Numbered from the whole stretch's first letter, positions 11,251 through 24,092 are shown. The stretch is DNA of 63,124 nucleotides, filler included, from Octopus bimaculoides (GCF_001194135.2; 4 parts of 4 records of this genome joined end to end with filler, not necessarily neighbours in it), one strand, 5' to 3'. Made by a program: numbers and translations. Notes: generated from the sequence alone by a model not told the origin.

Positions 11251-12919
11251 TGAGCCAAAATTTGAAACTTATGTGATGTATGTCTGTTGTGAAATTGGGT
11301 ATCTTTTTTAGTGTTGAATTTCCGATACGTTATTGTAATGTAGTAATTGTATATGGTGTTAGTATCTTTGTGTAGGTGCTCGATTTGTGTTTCATTGTTC
11401 GTGTTGACGGCGGGGTATATACTAATGTTTCATTGTCTGTTTCTGCTGGGAGAAATATCGTGATTAATGGAATGTTTGTTCTTATGATAGCGGTGGTGAT
11501 GGTGGTGACGGGGATGATGATGTTGATAGTGCTGGTGAGCTGCTCTTTGGTGCATTGTTGCAGCAGTGTTGCCCGAAGTCACCATTTCAGTTTGTTCCTA
11601 TATCCGATTCTCTTTTTTTATTGCGTAGTTTTGCTTATTTTTCTTTTTGTTTTCTTCCTTTCTTACTATTTGCCATTTTATGTCATCCCATTCACCTTCA
11701 CTACATGACATATAAGTGAGATGTGAGTCGGAGAGTGTTTTGTCTTGCGGGGTTTTGTAATGTGTATTTGGTGAGAGTGTTATAGGGTTTCGGATGCCAT
11801 TTACTCTGTTGCGTATGATGTTGTATACCTTTGTTGTTGGTGCATTTTCTGCTGTTTTATTTGCTTCCAATTTCTTTCTTCTTACTGGTCTTACTACTGC
11901 TAGTGCTGCTGCTTTACATGTTACGTTTACTTTTCACTTATTCTTGTTGATGGTGTGACTTCCTGCCTCTCTTAGAGATGTTGCTGCTGTTTCTGCTTTT
12001 ATTTTGTCTATATTTTGTATACGACTGTTCACGTATTATTTTCCTGGTAGGCGAATCTTGATATGTTTAGCGTCACCTTTCTACAAAATGTTCTTTTCTA
12101 TCGTTCTTTTCAGCCGATATAAATTTAATCGCTCACCTGATACGTCCTGTTGGCGAGACATCTAAATATAGATCTACAAGCATTATTTTCGTTGTTGTCC
12201 TTTTTTTTTTTTCATTGGCGTTCTGACTGTCGCTGGTGTGTTGAATGAGAAGTTAAATTTTTTGGTACTTTTCTTGTAGTTTCATATAATATGTTGTTGC
12301 TATCAGCCTCATCGTTGTTTCTGTAAGTTCTTTTTTCTTTTGCCATTTGCTTCCTGGAGGTTATTGTTGTAATTGATAGTATTTGCTGTAGTGTATAGTG
12401 GTGGTGGTGGTGATAGTGGTGGTGGTGGTGATGGTGGTGNNNNNNNNNNNNNNNNNNNNNNNNNNNNNNNNNNNNNNNNNNNNNNNNNNNNNNNNNNNNN
12501 NNNNNNNGGTGGTGGTTGTGGTGGTTGTGGTGGTAGTGGTGGTGGTGTTGGCGCTGATAGTGGTAGTGTTGCATTTGTCTTTTTGCGTTTATCATTGTAT
12601 GTACATTGTGTGTTAAATTCTATGGAACGAATTTATAATATTTTCCTACCAACCATAGATTTATCAGATATGCCAGGTTAACATAAGTTCAATAATTAAA
12701 CTGAAAAGATAAAAGTTGTATCGTTTTCCAGCCAGCGTGGTTTGGTGTACATCCACTCACAGAACCGTGATATGTTCCACCTTCATTCCACCACGGCGGA
12801 GATTTCATAATTATCTTTAGTCTTGCATACGAAGTCACTTCTCCACATGCACGTTTTCGATCCATCCACCTACATTTACACAGGGAACTACTCACTACTT
12901 CCTCTCAGCAAACGCAACA

Positions 12920-13285
12920 ACCTCCATAGTTCTGAACATCTCAGAATATACTTACTAAACACTAAAACACACATACGTGCTCTCATCTATAAGCATCGGC
13001 ACAGTTGCCATGGTAACGAAGCTAAAGCACACAGTGAAGCCCTTTGGCACAGATTGGCGATACCTACTCAGCGGCCTACTCAAATTTGCAGAAAATGTAT
13101 GAGAGTGAATATTTACTGAAAAAATATCGATAGTGATGAAAGTTCTGGGAGACCAACAACTAGCAGAACTAAGAAAAACATCGCAGATGTGCATGAAGCT
13201 GTGAGGAGAAATCGTCGAATCACCATCCGCGAGTTATCAGAGGAAGTGCAGATTAGTTACGGTCCAGTTCAGTCCATAATCGCTT
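12920..13285 (+). mobile_element. Mariner 5' fragment (HTH region)
   Basis: Peptide SGRPTTSRTKKNIADVHEAVRRNRRITIRELSEEVQISYGPVQSII, similar to the element at 3406-4258. Confidence 0.75.
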
Positions 13286-14024
13286 GACTGACAACGTACA
13301 TGATATTCATCTATTTCGGAAAATTCTAATATGTGTTTCCTATGTTAATAAATAGGCAATAATTTATTTTATAATACATACATAGGTATGTGTATGTGTA
13401 AGTGAGTGTGCGTATGTACGTACGTATGTATGTATGTATGTGTGTATGTATGTATGCATGTATGTATGCAAGCATGCATTCATGTATCTATACTGGTTGC
13501 GTTTGTAGTCGAATTTTAAAAACAAATCTAATTGTAATAGAAAATTGCCATAGGTTGTAAATGCAGAAAAATATTACAGTCATTTTTTATATATTCATGA
13601 GAACTTACTGAACAGACAAAAGTTACATGAAACTCACTGCAGTAAAGAAAAGAAGTTTAATAGAATGGTACTTGTCTGTAATATAAAACATGTGAGCGTT
13701 TCTTCTATTTAAATTCCAGGGTTACGTGGATGATTGCTTGAAAAGGTGCAGAGCAGATTATTTTCCAATCGTAATCTATTTTGTTTCTTCATTTCCATTT
13801 GCAAAATTAATTGGAACAATTGGACGCAATTCAAGGGTGGCAATTTATGATACATTTGGGAAGAAATTGCACGTTACGGAAAAAAAAACAATCATAGACT
13901 GCAGATCATCTTAAATATTAGATGCATTAGGACAATTTCAGGTGACAATTTGAATGGTATTGCTTTAAATCTGACTCGTCTTCACATGAAATGTAAGCGT
14001 TCATTTTGGCACGCTCACACATAT

Positions 14025-14070
<46 letters not shown>

Positions 14071-15548
14071 ACACACACACACATACACACACACACACAC
14101 ACAAACACAAGCATACCCATACGCACATACAACAACATTCATAGATCAAGTATACATACACACTTACACATGGACACACACACACACACAAACACATATA
14201 CTCAACCTTGCTTGTGTCAGCATTTAATTTCCCATAAATACCCAAAAGACAGCAAGAAGCCACCAGATTTCTGACCACAATGTGATCCAAGATATTCTCC
14301 TTACTAGTGCATCAGCTCGCAGCCCCACATAATTAGCCTGTGAGATGCAAATATATCGTTGCGCTTATCCGTTCTCCAATCACAGAAACCACAAGAGCTG
14401 ACAAGAGAGATTGTCTAGCTACTTGTATTCTAACGTTAATCGGCGGATCACAGTGTGCAAATTATGGTGTGGTAGAGCTAAGCAGTGATGTGCATAAATC
14501 CAAAGTTATTACCATTTCAAATATGCGCCAATCATATTTGAACTTGTAAAAAAGACTTTTACTGTATTTTATCACGGAAGAAATTGCTAACTTTCGACAA
14601 ATTATGTAAATACACAATTGTGTAAATACACCTAGAATAAACTCGCACCGCCAAGTACCCAGACTGCGAGATGCATGTAATCATATGAAGTTTCGGCATA
14701 ATTAAGTGCAAAGTTTGTGTATTTAGATATTCGTCAGATGGGTAGCAATTTTGAGACATACTTGCTGTCAATCTTTCCGAATTCTTAAATAGCAAGTTTT
14801 CATAAAATGTTTCAACATTGACACATAAGCGTTATAAATATTTTAAAGAATTCTCTTATTATTTAAACACATGCGCGAGTGTTTTATGGGACAGAAGCCT
14901 ATTAATGATCAGTAAATTATATGTGATTCATTTAGAATGCACAGAGCTACTTAAATCCAGTGGCATATATATGGACTGCTGTGTAGTTTCACATTCAAAT
15001 ATGACGCATTTAAGAATAAGTGAATTCAAAGTTTGATGGGTAGATGACAGCGTATAAAGCAGCCTGTCAATGCCTTTATATAGTATACCGATGTAATTAA
15101 TTTCCAAATGCCAATTTCCTGTTATTTAAAACATGATAACTGTTTCGCCGTCATGAAGCATTAAAAATATTCAATAAATATTAGACGATAAATTTTGAGT
15201 AATTGTATTGATCAATATACAATTAAATGTATAGAGAACAGGAGAATGCATCATACAAAAATGTTTTTACATTCATTACATGAGTAAGAGACACTATGAT
15301 AATTGAATCTTTACAATAGAGACATAGCACAACACATGATAATAATATTTGAAACAGGCAACAATGGTATGACAAAAAAGGAAGAACTCCTTTCCTCTCG
15401 CAAGGTTTTGGAAATTATGTGATACTGACATATATGCTTACATACATATATTTACATATGTGTGTGCACCCCCCACCCCGACAGCATGGCCATTCTCCAA
15501 TTACCTTCAAGCATGCTCTGTCACTAGTATATATATATATATATATAT

Positions 15549-15648
15549 NNNNNNNNNNNNNNNNNNNNNNNNNNNNNNNNNNNNNNNNNNNNTTAATTAA
15601 TTAANNNNNNNNNNNNNNNNNNNNNNNNNNNNNNNNNNNNNNNNNNNN
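15549..15648. other. Synthetic assembly linker (44 N + TTAATTAATTAA + 44 N)
   Basis: Exactly 100 bp with stop codons in all six frames. The same layout recurs at 34849 and 57148. Confidence 0.95.
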
Positions 15649-15869
15649 AAAAGCCGTTAGATACACTTCAACATTTAAATTTGATTTGTCGAAATATTTT
15701 CGTCTCTTTGAAACCGCGACCTGTTCACTGAAAAAATTTCGTGTTGCTTTTAATTGGCTTATAAACACGTTCCTATTGTTTTTGTTTCAGCAAACTCTCT
15801 CAGATCAAGTCACTTGCTATGCAAGTACATCTCCGTAATATATATATAGATAGATAGATAGATAGATGT

Positions 15870-16056
15870 ATATGCTTATACGTCTGTGTTTGTCCCACCA
15901 CCATCGCTTGATAACTGATGTTGGTTTGTTTACGTACCTGTAACTTTGCGGTTCGGCGAAAGACACCAATAGAATAAGGTTGCTTTGTTCAACTAAGGGT
16001 GGTGCTCCATCATAGTCGCAGTCAAATGACTGAAACAAGTAAAAGAATGAAAGAAT
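15870..16056 (+). mobile_element. 3' half of tRNA-derived SINE, 'ggcgcaggagtggctgtg' family
   Basis: gtttgtcccaccaccatcgcttga...gtgctccatcatagtcgcagtcaaatgactgaaacaagtaaaaga, matching the copy at 34456-34837. Confidence 0.8.
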
Positions 16057-16897
16057 ATATATGTATATATTACTAATTGAGGGTGAAAATAGCATCTACA
16101 TTTGCTAGAAATTACAGCCAAAATTTAACTCGAACAGTGAGAAGCAAGCCACATCTTTCTTTGTCGAGATACACTCACACAATGAAATAGTTTGATAAAA
16201 CTTTTTCACGTGATTTCGAAATTTGATCAGCACGAGCTTGTTCTTCGTCAGAGGTTTCCACAACTACATCGAGTTAAAAGAGATAGTCTGCTAAAATTCA
16301 AAACGGTTAAATTGTATAGTAACATACATAAGATATAATAATATATTAAGATATTAAGATATATCAAATACGTTATAATACAGGTAGCTATAGCAATTAA
16401 AACCAAAAAGGTAAAATTAATAAATGAGAGTGCAGAAGAGCACCTACAATTGCTAGAAATGAGAGCCAAAATTTAAACTCAAACAGCTACATGAAATATT
16501 CGGGACTGCGAGTAGCAACCCATATCTTTCTTTGGCCGCAGTGTGATTTCTGAAACAAATAAAAAATAAGAGATATGTAGACGTATGCACATATGTAATT
16601 ATGTACATGTGTGGTGTGGTGTGGTATGGTGGCGGTGTTGGTGGTGATGGTGGTGGTCTGTGTGACTGGGAAAGTTTTCAAAAATGTAAACAAACGCTCC
16701 AAATTACCAGTTATTTAAATATTCTTACCAATTTCCTTACCTGCCCTGCCTCGGTGGTAATTCGGTTACGTGGTGGATGTTACTTCAAAGTCACACCACA
16801 CTTATTTAGTAACAGCAGCCAGACTTTGGTATATTATTATTATAGTTATTGTTATTATTATTATTATTATCATTATTATTATTATTACCACCACCAA

Positions 16898-16941
<44 letters not shown>

Positions 16942-17099
16942 CCACCACCATCATCATCATCATCATCATCATCATCATTTACTTCCTTTCGCTAATAGCT
17001 ACCAGCAGTCCGGTTCACTTCCGATTATTGGATGGATCCAGTCTGTAGAACAGAATGGCAGCAAAAGTGTTGGATTAAAATATTTTTGTCGTAGTTGAA

Positions 17100-17156
<57 letters not shown>

Positions 17157-17194
17157 TGTGTTTGCGCGCGCGCGCGTCTGTGCATCTATTTATA

Positions 17195-18245
17195 TTGGGT
17201 CATCCCATAAATAATGCGGTTTTTCTAATTGTATGAACTAAACATTCGGAGGGAAACGGGATAAAGTACCTGCATTAACTTACCATAAAATCAAGAAGTA
17301 ATTTAACCTTGTACTTATGCTTAGTGCAAGTTTTGAAGAGTGCAGTTCGATTTTAACAGTTGATTTTCAAAGCTATAATGGAAGTGACAAAGGAGTATAT
17401 TGGCATATTTTGCTTTATGAGTTCAATAAAGGCAACAAGGCAACGGAAAGTGCAGGGAATATTAATGCAAAATATGGGGACAATAAGCGTAGGTCAGTGT
17501 CAACGATGGTTTCAGAAATTCCGAGCGGGAAGCTACAGCCTAGAAGACGAGCCGCGTCCAGAAAGATATATAGAGCTCGACGAAGACATCCTGCAAATCC
17601 TGGTGGAACAATATCCCATCGTAACTGTTGAGGAACTAGCAGAGAAGCTTCGATTTGGTCAAGTCAGCAAGTTGGGTCAATGTGTTCCTCACAAACCTCC
17701 CGAGGCTAATCGTGCGCAGAAAGTGAATGTGTGTTCTTCTTTGCTGTCACATCTCATAAATGAACCTTTTTGGGACTGGTGACGAGAAATGGGTTCTCTA
17801 TAAAAATGTCAAACGTCGAAGAGAGTGAGTAGGGAAAGTAGAAACACCGGCACCCCAGGCTAAAGAAGGTCTTCATCCACACAAGTTGTTATCTTTTTAA
17901 TGGGATATGAAAGGTTTAGTCGACTTTGAACTTTTAAACGCAAACCAAACAATAACAAAGGAGATCTACTGCAAACAGCTTGAGTGACTTAAGTCAGCGT
18001 TAAAAGAAAAACAACCATCTTTGGTTACAAGACGAAAGGTGTTCTTCCACCAGGATAATACCCGGCCATATACAGCGAGGATGACATTCCAAAGGCTGGA
18101 GCAGTTTGAATAGGAAACGATACCCCACCCACCATATTCGCCGGACATTTCTCCATCTGATTATCATTTATTCCGCAGTCTTCAAAATCATTTGACGGAA
18201 AAAATATGAATTCTGTAAACGAGGTCAGAACAGTTCTGGAGGAGA
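17195..18245 (+). mobile_element. Mariner transposon, 3'-truncated transposase pseudogene
   Basis: TA + TIR ttgggtcatcccataaataatgcgg. Motifs TGDEKW, FHQDNTRP and HPPYSPDISPSDYHLF (D,D34D), with stops and frameshifts. Confidence 0.9.
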
Positions 18246-18527
18246 CATACTATTAATCTCCCGGAACAGTATAGCTAATACAACAGCATATAATGTAATC
18301 CTTCGTGCTGTTTAATCTCAGGTTAATTCTGATCCAAATTCAGCTCTATGATCAAAATCCTAAGACATACCGATATGTTTCGCAAGCTACCTATGTATGT
18401 GCGCCTATGTGCGCTGGGTTTCTAAACACATGTAAAAATTGTATATACACATGTGTGGGTGCACATGTGCCAACATACATACGTACACACACACACGCAC
18501 ACAAGCACATACATAAGAAGTCAAATA

Positions 18528-18719
18528 AGACAGCGAGCTGGCAGAATCGTTAGCACACCGGGCACAATGTTTAGCAGCATTTCATCCGTCTTTACGTTCT
18601 GAGTTCAAACTCCATCGACTTTGCCTTTCAGCTTTTCGAGGTTGATAAAATAAGTACCAGTAACCACCTTAACCCCTCCTCCCAGATTGCTCTTCCTTGC
18701 GCCAAAAGTTGAAACCAAT
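18528..18719 (+). mobile_element. tRNA-derived SINE, 'gagctggcagaatcgttag' family
   Basis: A-box-like ggcagaatcgttag and B-box-like gagttcaaac. Shared with several copies in the window. Confidence 0.8.
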
Positions 18720-19417
18720 ATTAGGAATCATACTTAGCTGTTATTTATTAACATTTTACAAACATTTGTGGGTTCATTAGCGACATTCTGTCATGAGGTG
18801 TTCAGAACAATTATACAATGAAATGATGGAAACAGAGTATGAACTGATAACTTTCACTATCTTTCTGCAACCCTATCCACCCGACTAACGAAATTCACCA
18901 TCAAGAAATAACTGGAAAAGAAAACGAAGCAATAAAGACTGTATTACATACATATACATATATAACTAAACACAAACAGAAAAGAAGGCGACCGGAAAAA
19001 AATAAAAGGATCTTTTTAAAGTTGGCCCTTTTTTTTTTGTTGGTTACAGAAAGTATAAACAATGTAGAAACAGCAGATAATCCCAGCTGTGCCGACTGAA
19101 GACAGGATTAAAATTGTTAGGAAGATCTCCAAGACACCGATATGTTTTGCAAACTACTTGTTTGTGCGCCGACGTGCGCTGGGTTTTAAACACATGTAAA
19201 AATTGTATACACTCATGTGCCCGCGTTCATGTGTGGATGCACACACACGCACACAAACACACACTCATGCACACAGACACACATACGCACACATATGTAT
19301 GTATAGAGATAGTCACATACATATATATACACGCTCTCATATTATTGAGCACATTTCCTGAAATTGCGTCTTAGTTTTTAAAGTCATCTAACACATACAC
19401 ATACATATGCACATACA

Positions 19418-19457
<40 letters not shown>

Positions 19458-19850
19458 NNNNNNNNNNNNNNNNNNNNNNNNNNNNNNNNNNNNNNNNNNN
19501 NNNNNNNNNNNNNNNNNNNNNNNNNNNNNNNNNNNNNNNNNNNNNNNNNNNNNNNNNNNNNNNNNNNNNNNNNNNNNNNNNNNNNNNNNNNNNNNNNNNN
19601 NNNNNNNNNNNNNNNNNNNNNNNNNNNNNNNNNNNNNNNNNNNNNNNNNNNNNNNNNNNNNNNNNNNNNNNNNNNNNNNNNNNNNNNNNNNNNNNNNNNN
19701 NNNNNNNNNNNNNNNNNNNNNNNNNNNNNNNNNNNNNNNNNNNNNNNNNNNNNNNNNNNNNNNNNNNNNNNNNNNNNNNNNNNNNNNNNNNNNNNNNNNN
19801 NNNNNNNNNNNNNNNNNNNNNNNNNNNNNNNNNNNNNNNNNNNNNNNNNN

Positions 19851-19978
19851 AAAAGTGGACTCCTATATGCTAGAAATAGATGCCGAATCATCTAACCACG
19901 AATTTTTACTGAGAACATACATTTTTTTCGTGGTTAGATGATTCGGCATCTATTTCTAGCATATAGGAGTCCACTTTT
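19851..19978. repeat. Perfect 52-bp inverted repeat with 24-nt spacer
   Basis: 19851-19902 is the exact reverse complement of 19927-19978. The left arm abuts an N gap. Confidence 0.95.
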
Positions 19979-20324
19979 GCTGGTCATTCCTCTTATTTTT
20001 GTATACATACATATATATACATATATATATATACATGTGTGTGTGTGTGTGTGTGCGTGTGTATGTATGTATATACGTATGTGTGTGTGGTTATTGCTAT
20101 GCTATGTTTGTCATTATGATATAGACAATTGGACGTGTCACGTGATATATGTAGCAGCACTAATTAATTTCGTAATGCGGTCCTATGCTGGCATGTGATC
20201 GAAAACGTTCCAACCACGACAAACCCATATTTGCGTGTTTTTGTTAGATTGTTTAATGTTGTTGTTGCTCATAATGGTGATGACGGCGATGATGATGATG
20301 ATGATGTCACGTTTGATACATGAT

Positions 20325-21022
20325 TGGTTTTGATCATTGGGATCAGGCACCTGTGTGTCCACTTTCGTGGAAAGAATTCAGGGAAGATTGTCCTTCCTTC
20401 TTCGTGCTGTCACTGACCTCTTGCCAACTCCAAACAAACTTAAAATATCGGACACATGAGTGTATATACCCTGAACCACATTTTGATCTGATTCTAAGGC
20501 ACTAGGAAAAGGCCGATACAAGTAGAGATATGACAATGTTCTAGCAGAAATTGCTAGTGGACTGAGCTGCAAAGTGGGCTGATCTGCTAGTGGACTGATC
20601 TGCTAGTGGACTGATCTGCTAGGGGACTGATCTGCTAGTGGACTGATCTGCTAGTGGACTGATCTACAAAAGGTGAAAGTTAATAAACATAAGCCACCAT
20701 CAAAGGTATCACATTCCTAAACGAAGGCGACAAAGCCCCCAAGGCGAAAGCAAAAGAAATGGGCCCGTTTTGTACTTAGCGCACAACCTCAGACTGGAAG
20801 ATGCTCGTGGATTTCAGGGGTAGATTGATTTTTCACAGAGGAAATAGTGGTTCCTACTATTCAGCAATGCAAGAATGATCATCGTGGTCGAACTTACAAT
20901 TCCCTGAGAAGACCGACTCAATATTTCTCACCAGGTAAAGAAAACAAAATATCAGGACTTAGTAGACGAGACCCTTGTCAAGAGCTAGCATGCGGCCTCA
21001 TTCTTCATCAAAGCCAGCTGCC
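20325..21022 (+). mobile_element. HERO-like RLE non-LTR retrotransposon, C-terminal fragment
   Basis: Frame-broken peptides LSWKEF, LSFLLRAVTDLLPTPNKLK, TLNHIL, ALGKGRYK*RYDNVLAEIA, DWKMLVDFRGRLIF, IVVELTIP*E and KKTKYQDLVDE. This is the zinc-knuckle and restriction-like endonuclease pattern of the HERO clade. Confidence 0.75.
20552..20665. repeat. 16-bp minisatellite (TGCTAGTGGACTGATC), about 6 copies
   Basis: Directly visible. The units are near-identical and have no spacers. Confidence 0.95.
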
Positions 21023-21023
21023 A

Positions 21024-21990
21024 CTGCTTTCCATGACATCAAATCCGGCAGAACGTCTCTGGAAGACTATGAGCGACCTGGAAGACCTACCTCGAGCATC
21101 ATTCCCGGAAATGTGGAGAAAATTCATCAGCTTGTACATGAAGAACGTTGGAGGACAATCAGCGACATTGTTGATGTTGTTCGTCTGTCGTATTGGTCTG
21201 TGCAGGCAATCCTAACATCTGAATTGAACATGGGGCATGTCTCTACCAACTTACTGACCCCCTTACTGACCACTGAGCAGAAAGAACATCCCGTCGAAGT
21301 CTGTCAAGATCTCTGTTAGCGTGCGGCTAATGACTCATAGTTCATGTCGAGGATCATCACCAGTGACTTGAGTTGTGCCTACGGGTAGTAATCACAATGG
21401 AAGAGGTCTTCCTTTCCACGACCGAAAAAGGCACGACAGAGCCGCAGCTCAATCGAGAGCATTCTCATCGTTTTTTTTCTCGACATCCGCGGTACTCCGC
21501 CTCGAGAATTCGCCCCCCAGAGCCAGACCTTCAATTGAAAGTTCTACTGCGACGTTTTGAAGCGTTTCAGGGAGGACAATCGATGAAAACAACTGGATCT
21601 GTAGAGTGCGAAGAATTGGATTCTTCGCGACGACAATACATCCTGTCAGCAAGCTCTCCTCACTCGTGAGTTTCTTGCAAAAAACAACGAGGTATTGCTC
21701 CACGCTTAACCTATTCACCAGATCTAGCAGACTTCTATCTCTTCCCCAAGATGAAAATGCAGCTCAAAGGCCGCCGTTTTAACACTGTGGTCGAAATCTA
21801 GAACGAATTGCAAGTCTTCTACTCGTTTACGGAAAACGACCTCCAGGTCGAATTCCAAAAGTGGCAAGAACGCTGGGACCGGTGTATTGCTGCACAAGGT
21901 GACTATTTCGAAGGAGATGATGTTAAAACTTAGGTAAATAGGTTATTTTTTTTATTAAACATAACTAGTCCGGGAAGTCTTTGATACCAC
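21024..21990 (+). mobile_element. 5'-truncated mariner transposase pseudogene with 3' TIR
   Basis: Peptides FHDIKSGRTSLEDYERPGRP, IITSD, DNTSC and YSPDLADFYLFPKMKMQLKG. TIR-like end actagtccgggaagtctttgataccac. Confidence 0.85.
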
Positions 21991-22869
21991 GCCCAGCCAC
22001 AAAAATTAAGAAATCTGCATAAGGTGAAAGTAGATATCTTCAAAAAGGAACAAGACATCCTCCTCTGTATAATATCGGATGAACCAACAGCCTGACATGA
22101 GGTGTAGACAAGAGCAGCAGAATCAAACTCCTTTATACACCAAATGGGACAACAGCTGGGACAAAGGCACATACAGGAGCGGTGATATGAAACGCCCCAG
22201 ACTGAGGAAATCAGAAATTCCACGGTGACCGCAGCCGCCTCGCTGAAACGAGTAAGAGAATAAAGAATAAAGAATGTGTGTGTGTGTGAGTGTGTGTGTG
22301 TGCGTGTGTCTGTTTCTGTGTGTGTCTGTGTCTGTGTGTCTCTGTGTGTATTTGTATGNNNNNNNNNNTGTGTGTGTGTGTGTGTGTGCGTGTGTATGTG
22401 TGTGTGTGTGAGTGTGTGTGTGTGCGTGTGTCTGTTTCTGTGTGTGTCTGTGTCTGTGTGTCTCTGTGTGTATTTGTATGTCGATGATGTGTGACTTGAG
22501 AAAAATTTGGCTATTGCTTTTTGCAATTCAAGTGGCTTCAGTAGAGACGCACTCTCGGTGACTCATCACTTTTTGTTGTTGTTGCTATTGTTGTTACAAC
22601 TGCTGCTGTTGTTGTTATTGTTGTTCAGTGAGTTAAGGTGTTTCCTAAACCAGAAATGCCTCCTAATGTCATATCTTTTTGTCGTACAATGAATAAATGA
22701 CATGCGCAAGCTCGAGCGGAAGTAATTTTTGCCATGACCAGAATGTCAAATGAGGTTCTTTGTTGCCTATACACAATAGGAATTGGAAAGAAAGGAACAA
22801 AACAAGGGGGTCATTGCCTATAAATTAAAGTACTTCGGGTGAGGAGAAAGATTATAGAAAATAGATAAT

Positions 22870-23445
22870 TGTACCAGGCCTACCACAATAACACAACCTC
22901 AACTACCACTACCCTCATTACCATCAAAACTACCACTACCACTACAAACACCACAACAACTGCCAACACCACCAATACCATCACCTTTATTGCTACTAAC
23001 CTCTCCATCACCAACACCACCACCACTAGCACTATTATCACCACTACTACCACCATTTCCACCACTCCACCACCGCCACCACTACCACCAGCACCCCACC
23101 TCTACCACTACTACCACCAACACCAACACCACTGCCACTATTATCACCACTTCTACTACTACCACTAAAATTAAGCCCTACCAGCAGTACCAATCATTCA
23201 CATCCACCACATCGCTACTACAACCAACATGATTAACACCCCCAACAACACCACCAGCTCCAGGACTACCATCAACAGTACCACCACCTACTCCATCACC
23301 ACCAACACCATCACTAGCATCAACCCTACAACCACCACAATCACAAACAACCAATACAGCAGCCATCACAAGCAACACTATCAACATTACCATCGTCACC
23401 GAAACTCTTCGACACAGTAACCACGAATACCACTACCATCACCCG
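22870..23445. repeat. Degenerate (CAC/ACT/CAA)n trinucleotide low-complexity tract
   Basis: Gives poly-T/H/P or poly-V in several frames and has no splice or start context. Confidence 0.85.
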
Positions 23446-23717
23446 CTTCCTTCTTATGTGTTGAGTTTGATCGTTGTTCCCTTCCTCCTACCACCTAATA
23501 TTTCTACCTTTCTCTTTTGTTCCACTCCTCCTGTTGCTTTATCGTCTCATTTCGTACTTTCTCTTTGCTGCTTCTTCGATCACTCTCTCTCCTCTTTCCC
23601 CTCACTTGTATTTGTATTTTTTTCTAATCTTGCCTTTTCATCATCAGCTTCATCCTCCACCCCATCTTTGTCATTGCTCTTTACATTCCTGTCTTTGTAT
23701 GCTGTTGTTGTTGTTGT

Positions 23718-23757
<40 letters not shown>

Positions 23758-23764
23758 GATGATG

Positions 23765-23796
<32 letters not shown>

Positions 23797-23948
23797 GATG
23801 ATGGGGTGGAGGGGGAGTGTATTATTTGGGCCTTGGTTAACTCCGCTCAAACATCATCATGATCAAACAAATTACTGTAGTCATCATCCTGTCTTCTTTT
23901 TTTCTTTCCTTCTTTCTTCAGATATAGCATATCCGCGGTTTGAAGGCT

Positions 23949-24092
23949 AAGACGACGTGCTAGCAGAATCGTTAGCACACCAGGAAAAATGCTTAGCGGA
24001 ATTTTGTCCGTTTTTACGTTCTGAGTTCAAATTCCGCCGAAGTCGACTTTGCCTGTCATCCTTTCGGGGTCGCTAAAATAAGTACCAGTTGA
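23949..24092 (+). mobile_element. tRNA-derived SINE fragment, 'gagctggcagaatcgttag' family
   Basis: gcagaatcgttagcacacc...gagttcaaattccgccgaagtcgactttgcc...taagtaccagttg. Confidence 0.8.

Noticed and set aside
13720-13914. YVDD-containing frame as an RT fragment, or as the next exon of the candidate gene
   Set aside because: Only four residues match an RT motif. It has a good acceptor but no convincing donor or homology, so it is left unassigned.
16601-17098. 165-aa poly-Tyr/poly-His ORF
   Set aside because: Product of (TAT)n and (CAT/CAC)n microsatellites.
20552-20665. CRISPR-like array
   Set aside because: Contiguous 16-bp units without unique spacers, eukaryotic context, and no cas genes.
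22275-22480. Duplicated compound TG microsatellite
   Set aside because: Identical sequence on both sides of a 10-N gap, typical of unmerged overlapping contig ends.
22869-23445. Mucin-like Thr/Pro-rich ORFs
   Set aside because: Open in several frames on both strands because of trinucleotide low complexity. No splice signals or non-repetitive domain.
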